Positions 54,706-64,000 of a stretch of DNA of 64,000 nt are shown here, piece after piece (position 1 is the first letter of the stretch; every line of letters begins with the position of its first letter). Location: positions 243,040,001-243,104,000 of the forward strand of contig OZ024742.1 of NCBI GenBank assembly GCA_964016885.1, read 5' to 3'. The position numbers and the translations under genes were made by a program. Under the pieces are notes generated by a model. It searched no databases. It was not told the DNA's origin and worked only from the letters and a program-made list of their open reading frames with translations. Source of the DNA: Eledone cirrhosa. Taxonomy: Eukaryota.

Positions 54706-54770
<65 letters not shown>

Positions 54771-54923
54771 ATACTTTGGGAGGGTCATGTTGCCAATAAG
54801 AAACACACGCACCAGTTGCTTTCACTTCAATTTAATTTATTATATATTTATAAATTTACAAATTTATAAATTTCTGGTTGGTCGGTTGGTTCCACAACCA
54901 GATAGTTGTTTATATATATATAT

Positions 54924-54968
54924 AGTCATAGTTCTTTCGTCACACACTCTGTGACCTCTTCAGTGACT
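54924..54968 (-). ncRNA. Minimal type I hammerhead ribozyme
   Basis: Minus strand AGTCA-CTGAAGA-gGTCACA-gagtg-TGTGAC-GAA-AGaaCT-A-TGACT. Confidence 0.8.
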
Positions 54969-55482
54969 GGGGATTTCTTTCTTCGTTTCTGTGCCTTTCC
55001 TTTCTTCTATCCTACGCCATTTTGTTTGTGTGTGGGTTGCGTGCTCAGTTTGCGCATGCGCCACATCCGGGTGTCTGTGTGTGTTTGTGTTCATTTTTCT
55101 ATTTTTCTATTTATATTTTTCTATTTGTTTGTTTATTTATTTATTTATTGTTGGTTGGTTGTTTGTTCTATGTGTGTGTGTGTTTTCATTTTGTCTTGTG
55201 TGTGTTTTCAATTGTAAGTTGTTTGTTCTATGTGTGTGTGTGTTTTCATTTTGTCCTTAATTGTAAGTTGTGATGTTGCTGTTCCACTCATATTTTCTAT
55301 TTAATTTTGGTTTTAATTCTTTTATGCTTACTGCCTCTGTAATTTGCCTAAACATTGCGTCTTTCTTGTGTGTGGATTCTATTTTTATTTCTATGCTCTC
55401 TAATTTACCCCTGTGTTCTATCTTAGCATGTTGGCGTAGGATAGAAGAAAGGAAAGGCACAGAAACGAAGAAAGAAATCCCC

Positions 55483-55527
55483 AGTCACTGAAGAGGTCAC
55501 AGAGTGTGTGACGAAAGAACTATGACT
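55483..55527 (+). ncRNA. Minimal type I hammerhead ribozyme
   Basis: Identical inverted copy of 54924-54968. Confidence 0.8.
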
Positions 55528-55740
55528 ATATATATATAAACAACTATCTGGTTGTGGAACCAACCAACCAACCAGAAATTTATAAATTTGTAAATTTATA
55601 AATATATAATAAATTAAATTGAAGTGAAAGCAACTGGTGCGTGTGTTTCTTATTGGCAACATGACCCTCCCAAAGTATAACAATATCGGTTTCAACACAC
55701 GATTTCAGATAAAGAATCTTGCTAAACAAATTCAGAAACG

Positions 55741-55777
<37 letters not shown>

Positions 55778-55991
55778 TCCATCCCTCCCACTATCTCTCA
55801 CACATACACACACTTTCTTACATATACACAGTCTTACCATCCTTTTATCCTCTTTCCATAAAAACTTGTTACAACATGGGATTAAATGAATAAATACAGC
55901 GTTGCCGCTACCGTAGCCCCCCCCTCTCTCTAATAATATATATATATATTTTTGCTTATCAATTTTTCACACGCACGTACAGAAACACACA

Positions 55992-56029
<38 letters not shown>

Positions 56030-56109
56030 CCTTTCCAGCGTGACCGACACTTTACACGAAATATACTGACAGCGACATAAATTTACTAAGTTAGTGAGGG
56101 AAATATTGA

Positions 56110-59100
56110 TTAAGTGAGGGGGGTGAATGAGAGAATGAAGGAGTGAGTGGGTGTGTAGGGGGTGAGTGAATAGGTGTGGGGGGTATGAGTAGGTGTGTAG
56201 GGTGTGAATGAGAGAATGAAGGAGTGAGTGGGTGTGTTGGGGGGAGTGAATAGGTGAATGAGCGAGTGAGTAGGTGTGTAGGGTGTGAATGAGTGAATGA
56301 GTGAATGAGTAGGTGTGTAGGGTGTGAATGAGTGAATGAGTGAATGAGCGAGTGAGTAGGTGTGTAGGGTGTGAATGAGTGAATGAGTGAATGAGTAGGT
56401 GTGTAGGGGGTGAATGAGTGAATGAGCGACTGAGTAGGTGTGTAGGGTGTGAATGAGTGAATGAGTGAATGAGTAGGTGTGTAGGGGGTGAATGAGTGAA
56501 TGAGCGAGTGAGTAGGTGTGTAGGGTGTGAATGAGTGAATGAGTAGGTGTGTAGGGGGTTAATGAGTGAATGAGCGAGTGAGTAGGTGTGTAGGGGGTGA
56601 ATGAGTGAATGAGCGAGTGAGTAGGTGTGTAGGGGGTGAATGAGTGAATGAGTGAATGAGCGAATGAGTAGGTGTGTAGGGGGTGAATGAGTGAATGAGT
56701 GAATGAGCGAATGAGTAGGTGTGTAGGGTGTGAATGAGTGAATGAGCGAGTGAGTGGGTGTGTAGGGGGTGAATGAGTGAATGAGTGAGTGAGTAGGTGT
56801 GTAGGGTGTGAATGAGTGAATGAGCGAGTGAGTAAGTGTGTAGGGGGTGAATGAGTGAATGAGCGAGTGAGTAGGTGTGTAGGGGGTAAATGAGTGAATG
56901 AGTGAATGAGCGAGTGAGTAGGTGTGTAGGGGGTGAATGAGTGAATGAGCGAGTGAGTAGGTGTGTAGGGGGTGAATGAGTGAATGAGCGAGTGAGTAGG
57001 TGTGTAGGGGGTGAATGAGTGAATGAGCGAGTGAGTAGGTGTGTAGGGGGTAAATGAGTGAATGAGTGAATGAGCGAGTGAGTAGGTGTGTAGGGGGTGA
57101 ATGAGTGAATGAGCGAGTGAGTAGGTGTGTAGGGGGTGAATGAGTGAATGAGCGAGTGAGTAGGTGTGTAGGGGGTGAATGAGTGAATGAGCGAGTGAGT
57201 AGGTGTGTAGGGAGTGAATGAGTGAATGAGCGAGTGAGTGGGTGTGTAGGGAGTGAATGAGTGAATGAGCGAGTGAGTGGGTGTGTAGGGAGTGAATGAG
57301 TGAATGAGCGAGTGAGTAGGTGTGTAGGGTGTGAATGAGTGAATGAGCGAGTGAGTGGGTGTGAAGGGCATGAATGAGTGAATGAGTGAGTGAGTAGGTG
57401 TGTAGGGGGTGAATGAGTGAATGAGCGAATGAGTAGGTGTGTAGGGGTGAATGAGTGAATGAGCGAGTGACTAGGTGTGTAGGGGGTGAATGAGTGAATG
57501 AGTGAATGAGCGAGTGAGTGGGTGTGAAGGGGGTGAATGAGTGAATGAGCGAGTGAGTAGGTGTGTAGGGATGAATGAGTGAATGAGCGAGTGAGTAGGT
57601 GTGTAGGGATGAATGAGTGAATGAGTGAATGAGCGAGTGAGTGGGTGTGAAGGGGATGAATGAGTGAATGAGCGAGTGAGTAGGTGTGTAGGGATGAATG
57701 AGTGAATGAGTGAATGAGCGAGTGAGTGGGTGTGAAGGGGATGAATGAGTGAATGAGCGAGTGAGTAGGTGTGTAGGGATGAATGAGTGAATGAGTGAAT
57801 GAGCGAGTGAGTGGGTGTGAAGGGGATGAATGAGTGAATGAGCGAGTGAGTAGGTGTGTAGGGATGAATGAGTGAATGAGTGAATGAGCGAGTGAGTGGG
57901 TGTGAAGGGGATGAATGAGTGAATGAGCGAGTGAGTGGGTGTGAAGGGGATGAATGAGTGAATGAGCGAGTGAGTAGGTGTGTAGGGGGTGAATGAGTGA
58001 ATGAGTGAATGAGCGAGTGAGTGGGTGTGAAGGGGGTGAATGAGTGAATGAGCGAGTGAGTAGGTGTGTAGGGGGTGAATGAGTGAATGAGTGAATGAGC
58101 GAGTGAGTGGGTGTGAAGGGGGTGAATGAGTGAATGAGCGAGTGAGTAGGTGTGAAGGGGTGAATGAGTGAATGAGTGAGTGAGTGGGTGCGTAGGGGGT
58201 GAATGAGTGAATGAGCGAGTGAGTGGGTGTGAAGGGGGTGAATGAGTGAATGAGCGAGTGAGTAGGTGTGAAGGGGGTGAATGAGTGAATGAGCGAGTGA
58301 GTGGGTGTGAAGGGGATGAATGAGTGAATGAGTGAGTGAGTGGGTGCGTAGGGGGTGAATGAGTGAATGAGCGAATGAGTGGGTGTGTAGGGGGTGAATG
58401 AGTGAATGAGCGAGTGAGTGGGTGTGAAGGGGGTGAATGAGTGAATGAGCGAGTGAGTGGGTGTGAAGGGGGTGAATGAGTGAATGAGTGAGTGAGTGAG
58501 TGGGTGCGTAGGGGGTGAATGAGTGAATGAGCAAGTGAGTGGGTGTGTAGGGGGTGAATGAGTGAATGAGCGAGTGAGTGGGTGTGTAGGGGGTGAATGA
58601 ATGAATGAGCGAGTGAGTGGGTGTGTAGGGGGTGAATGAGTGAATGAGTGAATGAGCGAGTGAGTAGGTGTGGGGGGGGTGAATGAATGAATGAGCGAGT
58701 GAGTGGGTGTGTAGGGGGTGAATGAGTGAATGAGTGAATGAGCGAGTGAGTGGGTGTGTAGGGAGTGAATGAGTGAATGAGCGAGTGAGTGGGTGTGTAG
58801 GGAGTGAATGAGTGAATGAGCGAGTGAGTAGGTGTGTAGGGTGTGAATGAGTGAATGAGCGAGTGAGTGGGTGTGAAGGGCATGAATGAGTGAATGAGTG
58901 AGTGAGTAGGTGTGTAGGGGGTGAATGAGTGAATGAGCGAATGAGTAGGTGTGTAGGGGTGAATGAGTGAATGAGCGAGTGACTAGGTGTGTAGGGGGTG
59001 AATGAGTGAATGAGTGAGTGGGTAGGTGTGTAGGGATGAATGAGTGAATGAGTGAATGAGCGAGTGAGTGGGTGTGAAGGGGGTGAATGAGTGAATGAGC

Positions 59101-60620
59101 GAGTGAGTAGGTGTGTAGGGATGAATGAGTGAATGAGCGAGTGAGTAGGTGTGTAGGGATGAATGAGTGAATGAGTGAATGAGCGAGTGAGTGGGTGTGA
59201 AGGGGATGAATGAGTGAATGAGCGAGTGAGTAGGTGTGTAGGGATGAATGAGTGAATGAGTGAATGAGCGAGTGAGTGGGTGTGAAGGGGATGAATGAGT
59301 GAATGAGCGAGTGAGTAGGTGTGTAGGGATGAATGAGTGAATGAGTGAATGAGCGAGTGAGTGGGTGTGAAGGGGATGAATGAGTGAATGAGCGAGTGAG
59401 TAGGTGTGTAGGGATGAATGAGTGAATGAGTGAATGAGCGAGTGAGTGGGTGTGAAGGGGATGAATGAGTGAATGAGCGAGTGAGTGGGTGTGAAGGGGA
59501 TGAATGAGTGAATGAGTGAATGAGCGAGAGAGTGGGTGTGAAGGGGATGAATGAGTGAATGAGCGAGTGAGTAGGTGTGTAGGGGGTGAATGAGTGAATG
59601 AGTGAATGAGCGAGTGAGTGGGTGTGAAGGGGGTGAATGAGTGAATGAGCGAGTGAGTAGGTGTGTAGGGGGTGAATGAGTGAATGAGTGAATGAGCGAG
59701 TGAGTGGGTGTGAAGGGGGTGAATGAGTGAATGAGCGAGTGAGTAGGTGTGAAGGGGTGAATGAGTGAATGAGTGAGTGAGTGGGTGCGTAGGGGGTGAA
59801 TGAGTGAATGAGCGAGTGAGTGGGTGTGAAGGGGGTGAATGAGTGAATGAGCGAGTGAGTAGGTGTGAAGGGGGTGAATGAGTGAATGAGCGAGTGAGTG
59901 GGTGTGAAGGGGATGAATGAGTGAATGAGTGAGTGAGTGGGTGCGTAGGGGGTGAATGAGTGAATGAGCGAATGAGTGGGTGTGTAGGGGGTGAATGAGT
60001 GAATGAGCGAGTGAGTGGGTGTGAAGGGGGTGAATGAGTGAATGAGTGAGTGAGTGAGTGGGTGCGTAGGGGGTGAATGAGTGAATGAGCAAGTGAGTGG
60101 GTGTGTAGGGGGTGAATGAGTGAATGAGCGAGTGAGTGGGTGTGTAGGGGGTGAATGAATGAATGAGCGAGTGAGTGGGTGTGTAGGGGGTGAATGAGTG
60201 AATGAGTGAATGAGCAAATGATGTTGGTAGAATGAATGAGTGGGTAGATGAGTATGCAAGTTAGTGAGTTAGTGAGTTAGTTAGTTGGTAGATGAGAGGG
60301 TGGGCGAGTGAGTGAGTGAATGAGTGAGGAGTGTGTGGGACTGAGTGAGCGAATAAGTGAGTGAGTGAGTTAGTGAACGAATAAGTGAGTGAGTGAGTGA
60401 GTGAACGAATGAGTGGGTGGGTGAGTGGGTGGACGAATGAGCGAGTGAATGTGTGATTGAGTGAGTGAGCGAATGACTGAGTGAGTGATTGAGTGAGTGA
60501 CTGAGTGAACGAATGAGTGGGTGGGTGAGAGAGTGAACGTACGAATGAGTGAGTGTGTGTGTGAATGAACCTACGAATGAGCGAGTGAGTGAGTGAACGT
60601 ACGAACGAGTAAGCGAATGA
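56110..60620. repeat. 39/47-bp G-rich minisatellite decaying into (GAGT/GAAT)n
   Basis: Unit GAATGAGT(x1-2)-GAATGAGC-GAGTGAGT-(A/G)GGTGTG(T)-AGGGGGT. Confidence 0.95.
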
Positions 60621-60799
60621 GTAAGTAAATAAGCTGTCTTTAAGCTAACGAGTTAGTGATAGACAAATTGAGTGAGAAGTTGAATGAAAGGGTGCCTGAA
60701 TGATTTAGTGGGAGAATTACACTATAAGTAAATAAGTTCTAGAGGAAATAATAAAGATAGTCTTTTACGATGTTGTTACTTCAGAACAACCATGTATAT

Positions 60800-60981
60800 C
60801 AGGTTTCCCAAACTTTTTCAAACGCGAAACCCTTTTTTGGTTCAGAAACTTTTGGGCGGGAGAACCCCAATACTGTTACATGGTCGTAATATAAATATAC
60901 TCCTCTACCTTTTTCCACAAAACCCCAGACATTCCTTTGCAGAACCCTTGGGTTCCTCGGAACCCACTTTGGAAACCTCTG
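60800..60981. mobile_element. hAT (Charlie-like) MITE
   Basis: Imperfect TIR CAGGTTTCCCAAA / TTTGGAAACCTCTG; degenerate TSD ATGTATAT / ACATATAT; internal GGAACCC hairpin. Confidence 0.65.
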
Positions 60982-61454
60982 ACATATATGCATCCATACA
61001 GTAATAACAGTTGAATAAAAACTAAAAACAGAAGAGTCTGGAATTAATCCCATTAGAATTTTCTCAGAATCTGTTTCGTACTTAGAACTAGACGTTATCA
61101 AAGGTTACTAGTTTCAATTGTTTACATTATTTATGTTTTCGTTTTCGGTAGTTTTTTGTTGTTTTTTTTTTTACTTGCTTTTCATCATGAAATTAATAAA
61201 GAACTAACGGATCAGTAATATATTCAAATTACAAAATAGAAAAAGAAATAATAACCTTATGGGTTTCTAACATGAGTGTTATTTATCTACTTATCAATAT
61301 TACTTGTTTATTTATATTATGATATTGCGTAGTTCGTTTTCATTTTTGTTCTATTTGTTTGTTTGGTTTGTTGTCTTTTACGATGCTGACCGCTCAGTCG
61401 AAAATAAATGGCTGATATTTAGATAGATATCTAGCAAACTTCGATGGTCTATTC

Positions 61455-61528
61455 AATCATTGGCTGACGTCCATGTGACGTAAACAGCCATTAGCTAGGT
61501 CAGATTGACCCAGCAGACGATGGTGAGT
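61455..61528 (+). promoter_or_regulatory. Candidate promoter and ATG-only first exon with GTGAGT donor
   Basis: ATTGG (reverse CCAAT), two TGACGT CRE-like sites, then ACGATG|GTGAGT at 61520-61528 in non-repetitive DNA. Confidence 0.4.
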
Positions 61529-61799
61529 CTTTCTATGTCTTTGTATTATTTATTTACCGGCTATTTTTTTTAAAGAAATGTTTATTTCATTTATTTTTCT
61601 TTCGTTGAATTTCATCCCTTGTCTGCGTTAATCACTCAAACCGCTATAGATGTGCTCATAAGCCGACAATATCTACGGCAGATAATCTCATTTCCAAACA
61701 AACAAATTGTTAAATAAAAAGGAAAATGACAGTTTCAATTTATTTCGTGTTCAGAATTCTTGCGCTGATGTGCACTGTCAGAACCTGTTATATGTTTAG

Positions 61800-61850
61800 T
61801 GATTGGCCAAATGCCAAGATGACGTCATCGGTGACTAAGTCCTCTTATGG
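61800..61850. promoter_or_regulatory. Cis-element cluster (CCAAT, CRE, AP-1-like, CArG-like)
   Basis: ATTGG; GATGACGTCATC 61818-61829; TGACTAA 61832-61838; CCTCTTATGG 61841-61850. Confidence 0.4.
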
Positions 61851-62960
61851 AAGTATTGTAGCCAACGAGATAACACAGTGTAAAGAAGATGAGGCAGTAG
61901 AAATGGAGAATTAGAAAAACAAAATAAAATAAAAAATATGTAGAAATTATGGAGAGAGAGAGAGAGGGGGGGGGGGGAGAGAGTGTGTGAGGGGGAGGGA
62001 AAGTGGAATATAAAGAAAGAAAGTAGAAGAGAAACAAAATTAGAAATCAAGAAAATAAGAAAGAATAAATGCAGACATGATGGAAAATAATAAAAAGGAA
62101 AAACATACATCAAAATGAGAGAAATGAAAAATCAGAATGAGGGAAAGTTTAGATAAGGAAATGGGAAAAGGCAAAAAAGTATAAAAGAAGCTTAACGAAA
62201 GAACTAAAGAATGAAATGCAAAGAAAGAGAAACAAAATAAAATTGATGCTGCTCAATAAAATATATATATATATGAAAATATAAAATTAAACTGGATATT
62301 ACATGAAGGATCGGAGTCGGAAATGTGTTACTTAAAATACTTTAATATGAAGAAAGGAAAAGACGGTGAAAAGAAGAGAGTGGAAGAGAGAGAGAAGTGG
62401 GGAACGAGCGAGATTATATAAAATAAATAAGAAAATGTATTTAAAGAAAAATTACTAAAACAGTAAAACCACATGCCATATTTTGAAACTTTACTCGAGA
62501 TTGACCTGGAATTGGGCTTTAAATCTATATAATCTGGACTTAACAGCAGCCTAGCCATATTTTTCAGTCACAACCAGCCTAACAAATATCATGCTAGTTT
62601 CACAATGCTGTTTTACTTTAATCCTCTCCTCAAACCAACAACAACAACAAAACTAAGCAAAGTAAAATTAATAAAGATAAAATGTTTACATAATGTATCG
62701 GACGGCATGCAAGAGATTTATTAATAAATCTTTCTCAAATATTAGGAGATAATTATAGTAATTGTGTTTTTAGATACACGGAAATATAATCCACCAGCAT
62801 GTTCGGATTCTCTGAAAAAACACATTGTTTTGTTTGTGTCAGATATAATAGTAAAAAGTTCTAAAAGTCCTCATTAATAGAAGGCATGACTACGAATTTA
62901 GGAATTAAATATTAAGGTGGTGTGGTGACGCTCAAACGTTACTATTAGTCCACCGCCCTA

Positions 62961-63607
62961 TTCAAATCTAATAATGATTTGTACTATAGACACAAGGCCA
63001 GTAATTTGGGGAAAGGGAAAAATCGATTAAATCGACCCCAATGCGTATTTTATTTAATCGACCCCGTAAGGATGAAAAGCAAAGCTAACCTCAGCGGGAT
63101 TTGAACTCAGAACGCAAAGGGCCATAACTCTATGCCGCAAATTATAATGTCCGACTGCTACTGCCAATCTGCTGCCCAAGTGAATCTAATAAGGATTTCT
63201 AGTATAGGCACAAGGCCAGTAATTTGGGGGAAGGGGAAAGTCGATTAAATCGACCCTGTAAGGATGAAAAGGTTAACTTTGCCTTTCATCCTTACGAGAT
63301 CGATTAAATAAAGTACCAGTCACGCACTGGGGTCGATTTAATCGATTTTTTTCTCCCTAACCCAAAATTACTGGCCTTGTGTCTATAGTACAAATCATTA
63401 TTAGATTTGACTTAGGTGTTGGATTGGCAGTAACGGTAGATCGTCAGACACCATGCTTTGCAATAGAGTTATGGCCATTTACGTCCTGAGTTCAAATCTC
63501 GCCGAGGTTAACTTTGCCTTTCATCCTAACGGGGTCGATAAAATAAAGCACTAGTAATGCACTGGGGGGGTTACATGCCTTGTGCCTATAATAGAAACCA
63601 TTATTAG
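62961..63607. mobile_element. Cluster of four SINE copies, two minus then two plus
   Basis: Cores at about 63060 (-), 63250 (-), 63280 (+) and 63510 (+). Confidence 0.82.
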
Positions 63608-63621
63608 TGATTAACTATAAC

Positions 63622-63725
63622 AAATGGCTCTTCCAGCATGTTTCCCTCACCATCCTCTGGGGAAACGCCTTCTCTATTCTGTCCACCGGGGCTGTGGGGC
63701 GGCCAGCGCGTGGGCCCCATTGCTC
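63622..63725 (+). mobile_element. Short CRE-like 3' remnant
   Basis: WLFQHVSLTILWGNAFSIL, similar to 51233-51300. Confidence 0.7.
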
Positions 63726-64000
63726 ATAATAGTGAGAGATGGGGAGAGCGGGAGAGACGGAGGCAGTGACAGTGGGAGTTTGTTTCCTTTGTGTTCGGAC
63801 CTGGTGTATATATGTATGTTTCACAGACACACACTCAATAACAATTTGAATACTTTCTAACTCTACATTGTTGTAGAAACTATTGAAATGCCAGCAGGAC
63901 CTAATGAGAAGTAACGATCAAAAATGGCAGCCTCTACAGCAGGCATGTCAAACTGAGGGTTCCCCAAAGACCACATAGGTCACATATGTGTTGTCTGAGG

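Larger units (their letters stand above)
54764..55745 (-). mobile_element. Penelope-like 3' fragment (GIY-YIG tail + 3' pLTR) with inverted 5' pLTR
   Basis: 55430-55257 (-) encodes HAKIEH..RQITEAVSIKELKPKLNRKYEW; 54764-55019 and 55433-55686 are inverted copies, each with a hammerhead; (TA)n on both sides. Confidence 0.82.

Noticed and set aside
56110-60230. CRISPR-like array
   Set aside because: No unique spacers; eukaryotic tandem repeat.
55967-60259. 1430-aa His/Thr/Ser/Pro-rich ORF
   Set aside because: A minisatellite strand that lacks stop codons; several frames are open simultaneously.

Overview
Eukaryotic, AT- and microsatellite-rich, repeat-dominated DNA, most likely from an octopus/cephalopod genome (inferred from the SINE and repeat content, not proven). 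No complete host gene is visible; there is only a candidate promoter with an ATG-only first exon near 61.5 kb. Two signals stand out. (1) An L1/Tx1-clade LINE family is present as six same-orientation insertions, all inside (TAGA)n/(TATC)n arrays: one full-length decayed copy, one 5'-truncated copy with an intact 1153-codon APE-RT-zinc finger ORF2, one divergent truncated copy and three tiny 3' stubs. This suggests (TATC)n microsatellite target specificity. (2) About a dozen well-formed minimal type I hammerhead ribozyme motifs, plus several degenerate ones, from several Penelope-like pLTR families sit in fold-back or terminally redundant units next to (TA)n tracts. Also present: a Penelope RT-GIY-YIG remnant, RTE fragments (one with a twin-priming-like inversion, one probable C2H2 tail), CRE-type restriction-like endonuclease remnants, a Tc1/mariner remnant, hAT MITEs, many tRNA-derived SINEs, GGT-rich arrays and a 39/47-bp minisatellite with a ~1.5-kb higher-order repeat. 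Most ORFs in the supplied track are microsatellite artefacts. All coordinates were read by eye and may be off by a few bases.
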